Source: an uncultured Gemmatimonadales bacterium (GTDB taxonomy: Bacteria > Gemmatimonadota > Gemmatimonadetes > Gemmatimonadales > GWC2-71-9). Taken from it: DNA of 64,000 nt. Positions within the stretch are counted from its first letter, which is position 1, and each line of letters begins with the position of its first letter. The notes under the pieces were generated by a model. That model saw only the letters and a program-made list of their open reading frames with translations. It was not told where the DNA came from and did no database searches. The position numbers and the translations under genes were made by a program. This document shows, piece by piece, positions 54,966 to 64,000 of the stretch. The stretch spans positions 384,001 through 448,000 of the forward strand of contig CAVOGR010000007.1 in NCBI GenBank assembly GCA_963695555.1, in the 5' to 3' direction.

Positions 54966-56432
54966 ATGGACGACACCCAGATTCAGGCCGTGATCGACCG
55001 GGTGATGGCGGAGCTCGGTCAAGGTGAGCGGGCGGGACACGGACCGAGCCCTGCCCCACGAGCCCCGGCGGCTCACCCGGCGCCGGCGCCACAGGACGTC
55101 CGCCACGGCGGCAACCTCTTCGCCGACGTCGACGGTGCAGTGGATGCAGCCGCTCGGGCCTTCCGCCGGCTGCACGATCTCCCGCTCTCCCTGCGTACCA
55201 ACATGATCGCCCACATCCGGCGAACCATGCGGGAGAACGCCCAGCCGCTCGCCTACGCGGCCTGGGAGGAATCGGGCCTGGGCCGGTACGAGGACAAGAT
55301 CGAAAAGGTCCTGCTCAACGCCAACAAGGCCCCGGGCACGGAATTCCTCGAGACCGGTGCCTGGAGCGGGGACGGCGGACTGACGGTGGTGGAGTTTGCG
55401 CCATACGGCGTGATCGGCGCGATCATTCCGAGCACCAATCCGATCTCAACCGTGGTGTGCAACACCATCAGCATGGTGGCCGCCGGGAACGCGGTGGTGT
55501 TCAACGCGCACCCGGGCGCCCGGCGGTGCTCCAATCAGGCGGTGCAGCTCATCAACGACGCCATCATCGAGGCGGGGGGGCCGGCCAACCTGGTCTCCGC
55601 CGTGGCCGAGCCGACGATCGAGACCGCCCAGCAGCTCATGCAGCATCGCGGAGTGCGGCTCCTGACCGTCACCGGCGGATCGGCCGTGGTGCGGGCCGCG
55701 ATGCAAAGCGGCAAGCGGGCCATCTGCGCCGGGCCCGGCAATCCGCCCGTGGTGGTGGACGAGACAGCCGACCTCGAGCAGGCCGGCCGCGACATCGTGC
55801 GGGGCGCGTCGTTCGACAACAACATCGTCTGTACCGACGAAAAAGAAGTGTTTGCTGTCGCCGCCATCGCCGATCGGTTGAAGCAGGCCATGTGCGCCCA
55901 CGGAGCAGTCGAGATCACGAGCCAGCAGATGGAGCGGCTGCGTCCGGTCATCTTCACCGACCGGCCCGCGGCGGGACACTACGGCACCATGAACAAGGAC
56001 TTGATCGGCAAGAACGCCAATCAGCTGCTCCGGCACATCGGCGTCGAGGCCGGGGACGAGGTTCGGCTGGTCTTGGTGGAAGTGGACCGTGACGACCCTT
56101 TGGTGTTCTCGGAGCAGATGATGCCCATCTTCCCCCTGGTGCGCGTCCGCGACGCCAACGAAGGTATCGACCTCGCCAAGGTGGCTGAGCATGGGTTCCG
56201 GCACACGGCCGTCATGCACTCGAAGAACCTCGATCACCTGAGCCGCATGGCGAGGGAAATGGACTGCAGCATCTTCGTCAAGAATGGCTCGTCCTTCGAT
56301 GGGCTCGGCTACGGCGGCGAAGGTTTTTGTTCGTTCACCATTGCGAGCCCGACCGGTGAGGGGCTCACCAACCCCATCAGCTTCAGCCGCATCCGGCGGT
56401 GTGTGCTGAAGGACTCCTTCCGAATCATATGA
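54966..56432 (+). CDS. Acylating aldehyde dehydrogenase (EutE/PduP family) with encapsulation peptide
   Basis: PYGVIG..PSTNP, AGPGNPP, SFDNNIVC, TIASPTGEG. Confidence 0.95.
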   Translation: MDDTQIQAVIDRVMAELGQGERAGHGPSPAPRAPAAHPAPAPQDVRHGGNLFADVDGAVDAAARAFRRLHDLPLSLRTNMIAHIRRTMRENAQPLAYAAWEESGLGRYEDKIEKVLLNANKAPGTEFLETGAWSGDGGLTVVEFAPYGVIGAIIPSTNPISTVVCNTISMVAAGNAVVFNAHPGARRCSNQAVQLINDAIIEAGGPANLVSAVAEPTIETAQQLMQHRGVRLLTVTGGSAVVRAAMQSGKRAICAGPGNPPVVVDETADLEQAGRDIVRGASFDNNIVCTDEKEVFAVAAIADRLKQAMCAHGAVEITSQQMERLRPVIFTDRPAAGHYGTMNKDLIGKNANQLLRHIGVEAGDEVRLVLVEVDRDDPLVFSEQMMPIFPLVRVRDANEGIDLAKVAEHGFRHTAVMHSKNLDHLSRMAREMDCSIFVKNGSSFDGLGYGGEGFCSFTIASPTGEGLTNPISFSRIRRCVLKDSFRII

Positions 56433-56436
56433 CACC

Positions 56437-57054
56437 ATGACGCCGACCAAACCGCCGCCATCGATGACCGAACCGGCCCTGGCACTCATCGACTTCAGCA
56501 GTATCGCCACCGGCATCGAGGCGGCGGATGCGATGATCAAACGCGCCGATATCCAGGTTATCAAGGCCGGCACCGTGCAGCCCGGCCGGTACCTGGTGCT
56601 GATCGGCGGGAGCGTCGCCGAGGTGGGCGAGTCGCTGGCTGCAGGGCGAGAAGTCGGCGGCGACGCGGTGGTCGATTTCATCTTCCTGCCGCACGTCCAT
56701 CCCGAGGTGGTGCACGCCATCGGCGGCGGCCGCGTGCCAGGAGCCAACGAGGCCCTTGGCGTCGTGGAAACGACGACGGTCCCGGCGGCCATCCACGCGG
56801 CGGACGCAGGCATCAAGGGCGCCGACGTCCACCTCGTCGAGGTGCGGCTGGCGGACGGCCTCGGCGGAAAGGGGGTCGTGCTCTACTCCGGGGTAGTGGG
56901 CGATGTCGAGGCGGCAGTGGAGATCGGAGTGAGCGTGCTCGAGCGTCCCGGGCTGGTGGTCCGGAAGGTGGTGATTCCGCAGCTCCATGCCGCGATGTGG
57001 GAGAACATGACCGATGCCACGCGCTTCAGCGCGCGGGTGCTGGAGCGATTGTGA
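56437..57054 (+). CDS. BMC-T shell protein (PduT-like)
   Basis: SIATGIEAADAMIK, ALGVVET..AADAGIK, GLGGKG. Confidence 0.9.
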   Translation: MTPTKPPPSMTEPALALIDFSSIATGIEAADAMIKRADIQVIKAGTVQPGRYLVLIGGSVAEVGESLAAGREVGGDAVVDFIFLPHVHPEVVHAIGGGRVPGANEALGVVETTTVPAAIHAADAGIKGADVHLVEVRLADGLGGKGVVLYSGVVGDVEAAVEIGVSVLERPGLVVRKVVIPQLHAAMWENMTDATRFSARVLERL

Positions 57055-57326
57055 AATTCGCGCGGGTAACGGGAACGGTCGTGGCGACCCGGAAGTACCG
57101 GGGGTTGGAAGGCATCAAACTCCTGGTGGTGCAGCCGCTGGATGCCGAGCTCCGACCCAAGGGCACGGCGCAGATCGCGGCGGATGCCACGGCCCAGGCC
57201 GGCCCGGGCCATCTGGTCTTCACTGTTGGAAGCCGCGAGGCGGCCCAGGCATTGCCGGAGGTGTTCGTGCCGGTCGACTTGGCGATCACCGGCATCGTGG
57301 ACCAGGTCCACATCGAGTCCGGCTGA
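57051..57326 (+). CDS. BMC-P vertex protein
   Basis: ARVTGTVVATRK, SREAA, PVDLAITGIVD. Confidence 0.93.
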   Translation: MKFARVTGTVVATRKYRGLEGIKLLVVQPLDAELRPKGTAQIAADATAQAGPGHLVFTVGSREAAQALPEVFVPVDLAITGIVDQVHIESG

Positions 57327-57598
57327 TGTATATCGGACGCGTCGCGGGTTCGGTGGTCGCAACCATCAAGATCGCCCATCTGGAGGGACGGCGCCTGCTG
57401 TTGGTTCACCAACTCGATCCCGACGGCACCCCAACCGGCGATTATGACATTGCGGTCGACGTCGTTCGGGCCGGCCCGGGCGACAGGGTCTTGGTGCTCG
57501 ACGAAGGCACCGGCGCACGGCAGATTTTAGGGCTCGATCCCGGGGCAGTCCGCGCGGTCATTGTCGGCGTGGTCGACCAGGTGGCGCTCGGAGCTTAG
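57326..57598 (+). CDS. BMC-P vertex protein
   Basis: GRVAGSVVATIK, AVDVVRAGPGD, IVGVVD. Confidence 0.93.
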   Translation: MYIGRVAGSVVATIKIAHLEGRRLLLVHQLDPDGTPTGDYDIAVDVVRAGPGDRVLVLDEGTGARQILGLDPGAVRAVIVGVVDQVALGA

Positions 57599-57661
57599 GC
57601 CAGACCACATCCGGATGGCGATGCCAGGCTAGCCGCTCATCCGCACCTTCCCCAACGTACC

Positions 57662-58423
57662 TCACTCCTCCAGATCGAACGTTACGGTCACCCGGGCGGT
57701 GACGGAAATCTGTCCAGGTGCTGTTGTGCCCTCGATCGCCCCACCGGTCGGCGGTGCGTTCTGAATGACGTTCTGGGCCATGGCCTGCCCGCCCCTGCTG
57801 CCCCACCATCCGCCGTACCACGACCACCACCCCGAGTGATCCTCCCGGATGAGGACAGGCTTGCCGACCTCCCGATCCAGCTCCCGGGCCATCAGTCGGG
57901 CCTTCTCTTGCGCGGCTCGAAGGGCCATCGCTCTCGCGGTATCACGATGGGTGCGCAACTTGGTGGTCCGAAACTGGATCCCGTGCACGTAGTTGGCCCC
58001 GGCCTCGAGCACGTTGGACAAGAGTGCTTCAAACGCGTCGATCTCGCGCATGGTGATCGCGGTATTCTTGCGAACCCAGTACCCGAGAAACACGCGCTGA
58101 CCGCGATCGTAGTCGTACCGCGGCTCGATGCCGATGAAATCAGTCCGAATGAGGTTCTTGGCCACTCCGAGGCCCTCCGCGGCCCTGATCACTCTCGCCA
58201 TGCGAGCGTCATTCTCAGTCTTTGCCGCCGTCAGGTCCAGGTCAGTGGTTTCCACGCCCAGCGTGAGCACCACCTCGTCGGGGACCACCCGCACCTCGGC
58301 ATCACCGGTCACCGTGATCCGGCTGTCTTGCTCCGTTTGCCCGTAGATGGCGGTCCATGGCAGAATGACGGTGAGCATGAGGGCCATGGTCGACGCCAGA
58401 GATCTTCGTGGCTCCACGTTCAT
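57662..58423 (-). CDS. SIMPL (DUF541) domain secreted protein
   Basis: ITVTGDAEVRVVPD, ARAMALRAAQEKA, PGQISVTARVTVTF. Confidence 0.9.
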   Translation of the reverse strand: MNVEPRRSLASTMALMLTVILPWTAIYGQTEQDSRITVTGDAEVRVVPDEVVLTLGVETTDLDLTAAKTENDARMARVIRAAEGLGVAKNLIRTDFIGIEPRYDYDRGQRVFLGYWVRKNTAITMREIDAFEALLSNVLEAGANYVHGIQFRTTKLRTHRDTARAMALRAAQEKARLMARELDREVGKPVLIREDHSGWWSWYGGWWGSRGGQAMAQNVIQNAPPTGGAIEGTTAPGQISVTARVTVTFDLEE

Positions 58424-58460
58424 GAGTTCCTCTCCTGCGTGGTGGATTCCATCCCGACGG

Positions 58461-59234
58461 TCACCGTGCGGGAACGGCATGACGCACTAGTTCCACAAAT
58501 CCCGGGGTGAGGCTCGCCCCACCCACGAGTGCCCCATCGATGTCCGGCATGGCCATGAAGCCGCCGATGTTGTCGGCTGTGACGCTGCCGCCGTAGAGCA
58601 CCCGGACCGACGCCGCCGTTTCCTCGTCGAAGCGATCGGCGACTGCGCCACGAACCCCAAGCGCGATGGTACGATTGGCGCCGGCGGGTGTGGCCGACCG
58701 ACCGGTCCCGATGGCCCAAATCGGCTCGTAGGCGATCACCGTCTGCCGCACCTCGTCGGCCGCGAGACCCTCGAGCGCGGCCCGTACCTGGGCGCCAACA
58801 AAGTCATCGGTCTCCCCCGATTCATTCCGCGCCGCATCCTCACCGACACAGATGATGGGAGTCAATTCATGGATCAGCGCCGCCCGAACTTTCCGGTTGA
58901 CCGCCGCGTCGTTCTCCAGGGTGCCGCTGCTCGCCCGCCGCTCGGAGTGGCCCGCGATCACATAGCGGCACAATCCAGTGAGCATTGCGGGAGACACCTC
59001 GCCGGTGTGGGCGCCGCGGTTCTCCCAGTGCATGGTCTGGGCGCCGAGCGCGATTGATGTGGGGCGGAGGACCTCGGCCATCGAGGCCAGCACGGTAAAC
59101 GGAGGGCACAGGACCAGGTCGATCCCATCAATACGGCTCAAACCCGGTCGCAGACGCCGCACCAAGGCCAGGGCTTCCTCCACCTGCCCGAGGTGCATCT
59201 TCCAATTGGCGGCGATCAGGGGCCGGCGTCTCAT
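58461..59234 (-). CDS. tpiA: Triosephosphate isomerase
   Basis: ANWKM, GHSERR, AYEPIWAIGTG, YGGSV, LVGGASL; alternative GTG start 59255. Confidence 0.96.
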   Translation of the reverse strand: MRRRPLIAANWKMHLGQVEEALALVRRLRPGLSRIDGIDLVLCPPFTVLASMAEVLRPTSIALGAQTMHWENRGAHTGEVSPAMLTGLCRYVIAGHSERRASSGTLENDAAVNRKVRAALIHELTPIICVGEDAARNESGETDDFVGAQVRAALEGLAADEVRQTVIAYEPIWAIGTGRSATPAGANRTIALGVRGAVADRFDEETAASVRVLYGGSVTADNIGGFMAMPDIDGALVGGASLTPGFVELVRHAVPAR

Positions 59235-59251
59235 GGCAACGAGGGCACGGT

Positions 59252-60001
59252 TCACCAGCGCCGAACGGCGGGAACTTTGTGGGTATGCTGGGCGACGAGG
59301 GCGGGATTACTGAACAGCCGGATCAAGAGCGCGCCCGCGACGAACCCTCCGATGTGGGCCCAGAACGCCACCCCGCCGCCCTCTCCGGCAAGCGAAGGAA
59401 TCCCCCCGATCAACTGGATCAAGAACCAGAAGCCCAACATGAAGTAGGCGGGAACCGCGATGGTGGTGATAAAGAACCCGAGGAAGATCAGCATATGCAC
59501 CCGCACCTTGGGGTAGAGCACGATGTAGGCGCCCATCACGCCCCCGATCGCTCCTGAGGCCCCAAGCATGGGAATCGCACTCGACGGGCTGGTGGCCACC
59601 TGGAGCGCGGCCGCGGCAAGGCCGCACAGGACGTAGAAGACAACGAAGCGGATGTGGCCCATGGAGTCTTCGACGTTGTTTCCGAACACCCAGAGAAACC
59701 ACATGTTCCCGATGATATGAAACCAGCCGCCGTGCAGGAACATGGAGCTGAGCGGGGTGAACCAGGTCTGGCTGCCACCGAGCACGCAGACCGCCCGCCG
59801 GGTAAGTCGCACCTGGGTGCCGGGATCGACCCGCCCCAGGAGTTCTCCGGGAATCAAGGCCAGCTCGCACACTGATCGGGACATGTTGGGCTCACTGCCC
59901 AGGCCTTGAACGAAGACCCAGATCAGCACATTCACCCCGATGATCCCGAAGGTGACCAGCGGCGTCAGAATGGTGGGGTTCTCGTCTTTGTACGGGAACA
60001 T
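59252..60001 (-). CDS. Rhomboid intramembrane serine protease
   Basis: FLHGGWFHIIGNM, GASGAI, AFWAHIGGF. Confidence 0.95.
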   Translation of the reverse strand: MFPYKDENPTILTPLVTFGIIGVNVLIWVFVQGLGSEPNMSRSVCELALIPGELLGRVDPGTQVRLTRRAVCVLGGSQTWFTPLSSMFLHGGWFHIIGNMWFLWVFGNNVEDSMGHIRFVVFYVLCGLAAAALQVATSPSSAIPMLGASGAIGGVMGAYIVLYPKVRVHMLIFLGFFITTIAVPAYFMLGFWFLIQLIGGIPSLAGEGGGVAFWAHIGGFVAGALLIRLFSNPALVAQHTHKVPAVRRW

Positions 60002-60192
60002 GGACCCAATATAGACGCCAACCCCCTGAACCAAATGGACTGGCTCGTGTGCTGCCAAAAAGGCAGGAAAACCCGGTATAGCGCTTGCTTCCTACTAGAT
60101 CGAGCCTGAGCCTGCTCGGACGGGCACGGCGGCATGACTTTACGTATCTACTTGATTGACAATACTTTATCGACTGGGCACAAGGAGACGGC

Positions 60193-62115
60193 ATGGCAGC
60201 GAGCAAGATCATCGGGATCGACCTGGGGACCACCAACTCGGTCGTGGCAGTCATGGAGGGTGGAGATCCGGTCGTGATTCCGAACGCCGAGGGCGGACGC
60301 ACAACTCCGTCGGTGGTGGCCTTCACCAAGGACGGCGAGCGCCTGGTCGGCCAGGTGGCGAAGCGCCAGGCCGTCACGAACCCCAAGCAGACGGTGTTTT
60401 CCATCAAGCGGTTCATGGGCCGCCGGATGGATGAAATTACCGAGGAGAAGAAGCTGGTTCCGTACGGCGTCATCGAGGGGAAGAGCGGCCTCGCGACGGT
60501 CGAGATCCAGGGCAAGAAGTACTCGCCGCCCGAGATCTCCGCGATGATCCTGCAGAAGATGAAGCAGACCGCCGAAGATTATTTGGGAACCACGGTGACC
60601 GAAGCCGTCATCACGGTGCCTGCCTATTTCAACGATTCCCAGCGCCAGGCAACCAAGGACGCCGGCAAGATCGCCGGCCTCGACGTCAAGCGGATCATCA
60701 ACGAGCCGACGGCGGCTGCGCTGGCGTATGGACTCGACAAGAAGAAAGACGAAACGATCGCGGTCTTCGATCTGGGCGGCGGCACCTACGACATCTCGAT
60801 TCTCGAGCTGGCCGAAGGGGTTTTCGAGGTCAAGAGCACCAACGGTGATACCCACCTCGGCGGCGACGACTTCGATCAGCGGGTCATCAACTGGATGGTG
60901 GCCGAGTTCAAGAAGGATCAAGGAATCGATCTTTCCAAGGACCCCATGGCGCTCCAGCGGCTCAAAGAAGCGGCTGAGAAGGCCAAGATGGAGCTCTCCA
61001 GCACCCAACAGACGGACATCAACCTACCGTTCATCACCGCCGACCAGTCGGGGCCGAAGCACCTGAACTACTCCTTGACCCGAGCCAAGTTCGAGCAGCT
61101 GGTGGACGATCTCATTCAGCGGACCATTCCGCCCATGGAAAAGGCACTCGCGGACGCGGGACTCAAGCCGGGCGGGGTTGATGAGGTCATCCTGGTCGGC
61201 GGCTCGACCCGGATTCCGAAGATCCAGGACATTGTGAAGACCTTCTTCCAAAAAGAGCCCAATCGTTCGGTCAATCCGGACGAGGTGGTCGGCATCGGCG
61301 CGGCCATTCAGGGCGGTGTGCTGGGCGGAGAGGTCAAGGACGTGTTGCTGCTCGATGTGACCCCGCTCTCACTCGGTATCGAGACGCTGGGCGGCGTGAG
61401 CACGGTCCTGATCCCACGGAACACGACGATTCCGACCAAGAAGTCGGAGGTGTTCTCGACCGCCGAGGACAATCAGACGACGGTCGAGATCCACGTGCTG
61501 CAGGGCGAGCGCCAGATGGCCACCGACAACCGGACCATCGGGAAGTTCCAGCTCACCGGCATCCCGCCGGCGCCCCGAGGCCTGCCACAGATCGAGGTCA
61601 CGTTCGACATCGACGCCAACGGTATCCTCCACGTCTCGGCCAAGGACAAGGCCACCAACAAGGAGCAGAAGATCCGGATCGAGGCGTCGAGCGGCCTAAA
61701 CGACAGCGAAATCGAGAAGATGGTCGAGGACGCGGAAGCGCACGCGGCCGACGACAAGTCCCGCCGGGACTCGATCGAGGCGCGAAACCAGCTCGACGGC
61801 CTGGTCTACAAGGTCGAGAAGGACAGCAAGGAGTGGATCGATCGGCTGTCCGAGGACGCCAAGTCGCAGCTGGACGCGGCGGTGGAGGCCGGGAAACAGG
61901 CTCTAAAGACCGGCGACACCGATGCCATCAAGCAGGCCCTCGAGGGACTGAACACGGCCTACTCGGCGGCTGGAGCCTCGCTCTATCAGGCCCAGGCCGG
62001 CGCCCAGGAAGAACCGGCGGCAGAGGCGGCATCCGGTGGCGGCGAGGCCGAGAAGCCGGCCGACGAGGACGTGGTCGAGGCGGACTACGAGATCGTTGAC
62101 GACACCAAGAAGTAA
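60193..62115 (+). CDS. dnaK: Chaperone DnaK
   Basis: [35 protein letters not shown]. Confidence 0.99.
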   Translation: MAASKIIGIDLGTTNSVVAVMEGGDPVVIPNAEGGRTTPSVVAFTKDGERLVGQVAKRQAVTNPKQTVFSIKRFMGRRMDEITEEKKLVPYGVIEGKSGLATVEIQGKKYSPPEISAMILQKMKQTAEDYLGTTVTEAVITVPAYFNDSQRQATKDAGKIAGLDVKRIINEPTAAALAYGLDKKKDETIAVFDLGGGTYDISILELAEGVFEVKSTNGDTHLGGDDFDQRVINWMVAEFKKDQGIDLSKDPMALQRLKEAAEKAKMELSSTQQTDINLPFITADQSGPKHLNYSLTRAKFEQLVDDLIQRTIPPMEKALADAGLKPGGVDEVILVGGSTRIPKIQDIVKTFFQKEPNRSVNPDEVVGIGAAIQGGVLGGEVKDVLLLDVTPLSLGIETLGGVSTVLIPRNTTIPTKKSEVFSTAEDNQTTVEIHVLQGERQMATDNRTIGKFQLTGIPPAPRGLPQIEVTFDIDANGILHVSAKDKATNKEQKIRIEASSGLNDSEIEKMVEDAEAHAADDKSRRDSIEARNQLDGLVYKVEKDSKEWIDRLSEDAKSQLDAAVEAGKQALKTGDTDAIKQALEGLNTAYSAAGASLYQAQAGAQEEPAAEAASGGGEAEKPADEDVVEADYEIVDDTKK

Positions 62116-62131
62116 CACGCGAGGTTGGCTC

Positions 62132-62171
62132 GAAGCCGGGGGGCGGGGCCAGTGCCCCGCCCCCCGGCTTC
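62132..62171 (+). terminator. Strong hairpin after dnaK
   Basis: GAAGCCGGGGGGCGGGGC-cagt-GCCCCGCCCCCCGGCTTC. Confidence 0.75.
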
Positions 62172-62287
62172 TCCGCCACCCGCGACCAAAACCAACGGTC
62201 GCGAATCTGCGTTAGATTAGAAGGGTCTTGATGCCGGACTGACACCCCGCCGGCGTCACAACACAATACCAACTCAGGTGCAATCCT

Positions 62288-63847
62288 ATGTCGGTGCGTT
62301 CAATGAATTGGCTCAAGTTCGGCGGTCTAACGGCCCTGGCATTCGGCCTGGGTCTGCTGCTTGCCGGAATATTGGATCTTCCCTCATCGTCCCAAGCCCA
62401 GCAGAGCGCCTCACGGCGGGCCCGGATCACGGAGGTCTCGGCCCCCTCGTTTCAGGCCAGTGACCAGCTGACCACCCTGAGCGATGCCTTTGCCTCGGTG
62501 GCGGAGGCGGTCAAGCCGGCCGTGGTGTTGGTGCGCTCGCAGCGGGCGGCGCGAGCCACTACCCGCAACGTTCCGCCGGGCTTCGAGTGGTTCTTCCGCA
62601 GTCCGCGGCCGGAGGAGCCGGGCATCGAAGAGGGCCGTGGCTCGGGCTTCGTCGTCTCGAAGGACGGCTACATCCTGACCAACCACCATGTGATCGACGG
62701 CGCCGAGAAGGTCACGGTTCGCCTGGCGGACCGCCGCGAGTTCGAAGCCGAGATCGTGGGGAGCGATCCCAATACCGACGTGGCGCTCATCAAGATCAAG
62801 GCGAACGATCTCACCCCCGCCGCCCTCGGCGATAGCGACGCCGCCCGGGTCGGTGAATGGGTTCTCGCCATCGGCAATCCGCTTGGCGAGACGCTCACCT
62901 TCACGGTGACCAGCGGGATCGTGAGTGCCAAGGGCCGTGGCCGGCTCAACCTTCCCAACGCCGGGAACTACGGCATTCAGGACTTCATCCAGACCGATGC
63001 GGCCATCAATCCCGGCAATTCCGGCGGGCCCCTCATGAACACCCGTGGCGAGGTCATCGGCATCAACAGCGCCATCGCCAGTGAGACCGGATTCAACGCC
63101 GGCTACGGCTTTGCGATTCCGATCAACCTGGTCCGCAACGTCATGGAGCAGCTGATCACCAGCGGCCATGTGAGCCGCGCCGCGCTCCAGGTTTCGATCA
63201 ACGAGGTGAGTCCGGCCGATGCGGCCTACGTTGGGCTCGACGAGATTCGCGGCGTCAAGATCGAGGCGTTCTCCAGCCCCGACTCGCCGGCCAAGAAGGC
63301 CGGGCTCAAGCCGGGAGACGTCATTCTGTCGATCGACGGCAAACAGGTGGACTACGTCGGTCAGCTCCAACAGGAGATTGGCTTCCGGAAGCCGGGAGAG
63401 GTCGTGACGGTCGAAGTGGCCCGGAAGGCGGGCGAACGCAAGACCTACCGCATCAAGCTCGCCAGCCTCGACGAGGACCAGCAGGTGGCGGCGGCGGACC
63501 GAGAGGGCAATCGACAGGACGACACCGCCGAGGCCGGCGTCGCGATGGAGAAGCTCGGCATCAAGGTCGAGGCAATCAGCAGTGAGGACGCCCAACGCCT
63601 GAACCTGTCCGAGCCCGACCGCGGGCTCCTCGTAACCGGCGTGACTCCCGGAGGGCCTGCCTGGCGCTTACTCGGCCCGAATGGTGACATCATCGTGTCG
63701 GTCGAGGACAAGCCGGTGCGAACCGAGCGCGAATTGCGCAATGCCCTCGCCGAGCCGGGCCCCGGTGGAGTGGTAACGCTCGGTGTCGTCCGCGCAGCCG
63801 AGAACGGCATCAATCGGCGGGTGGTACGGATCAAACTGGCTGACTAG
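62288..63847 (+). CDS. DegP/HtrA (Do family) serine protease with two PDZ domains
   Basis: TNHHV, DVAL, IQTDAAINPGNSGGPL. Confidence 0.96.
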   Translation: MSVRSMNWLKFGGLTALAFGLGLLLAGILDLPSSSQAQQSASRRARITEVSAPSFQASDQLTTLSDAFASVAEAVKPAVVLVRSQRAARATTRNVPPGFEWFFRSPRPEEPGIEEGRGSGFVVSKDGYILTNHHVIDGAEKVTVRLADRREFEAEIVGSDPNTDVALIKIKANDLTPAALGDSDAARVGEWVLAIGNPLGETLTFTVTSGIVSAKGRGRLNLPNAGNYGIQDFIQTDAAINPGNSGGPLMNTRGEVIGINSAIASETGFNAGYGFAIPINLVRNVMEQLITSGHVSRAALQVSINEVSPADAAYVGLDEIRGVKIEAFSSPDSPAKKAGLKPGDVILSIDGKQVDYVGQLQQEIGFRKPGEVVTVEVARKAGERKTYRIKLASLDEDQQVAAADREGNRQDDTAEAGVAMEKLGIKVEAISSEDAQRLNLSEPDRGLLVTGVTPGGPAWRLLGPNGDIIVSVEDKPVRTERELRNALAEPGPGGVVTLGVVRAAENGINRRVVRIKLAD

Positions 63848-63872
63848 CCACGCCGACCCATCCATGCAGGTA

Positions 63873-63904
63873 AGAACGGGCGAGCCCACCGGCTCGCCCG
63901 TTCT
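63873..63904 (+). terminator. Hairpin after htrA
   Basis: AGAACGGGCGAGCC-cacc-GGCTCGCCCGTTCT. Confidence 0.75.
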
Positions 63905-63946
63905 GCGTTCCAGTGTATTATTGGCACCGATGACAGGCTCCTCCCA

Positions 63947-64000
63947 ATGACAATCCTCGCCATCTTCCTGGTCATTCTGGGCATCGTGCTGCTCACGACG
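63947..64000 (+). CDS. Start of a membrane protein, truncated by window edge
   Basis: MTILAIFLVILGIVLLTT open to the end. Confidence 0.45.
   Translation, partial: MTILAIFLVILGIVLLTT

Noticed and set aside
53547..57598. Carboxysome or Eut/Pdu microcompartment
   Set aside because: No RuBisCO, ethanolamine ammonia-lyase, diol dehydratase or glycyl radical enzyme; cargo is RpiB/DeoC/ALDH.
60130..60175. CIRCE or HAIR heat-shock operator before dnaK, and a TACTTGATTGA match to the TetR sites
   Set aside because: Only a half-site resembles HAIR, no CIRCE is present, and the 11-mer match lacks the second half, so it may be chance.

Overview
High-GC bacterial chromosome segment, probably Gemmatimonadota (inferred from gene content and style, not verified). 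From left to right: (1) an integration hotspot downstream of tRNA-Asn, with an orphan integron cassette (two attC-type sites, no integrase), three copies of the tRNA 3' end, an integrase-less ~1.5 kb mini-island and a family of structured repeats; (2) an intergenic region rich in DnaA-box-like sequences before holB (possible oriC); (3) housekeeping genes (moaC, two lytic transglycosylases, tRNA-Lys, ffh-rpsP-rimM-trmD-rplS-rnhB) and a BioA homologue lacking its catalytic lysine; (4) a repeat-flanked four-helix-bundle gene, an ECF sigma/anti-sigma/PDZ operon, pilD, trmH and thiD; (5) a nucleotide/nucleoside salvage operon; (6) arsR-phoB-phoR-porin-pstSCABB-phoU-ppx; (7) a cluster of four Ser/Thr kinases, in which two paralogous receptor-like kinases are each followed by a secreted protein carrying the same unrecognised Cys-terminated domain (my best candidate for an undescribed system); (8) a TetR-headed sugar-phosphate (RpiB/DeoC) microcompartment locus whose two signature enzymes are both frameshifted; (9) SIMPL, tpiA, rhomboid, dnaK and an HtrA protease. 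All calls come from reading motifs by eye; no database search was run.
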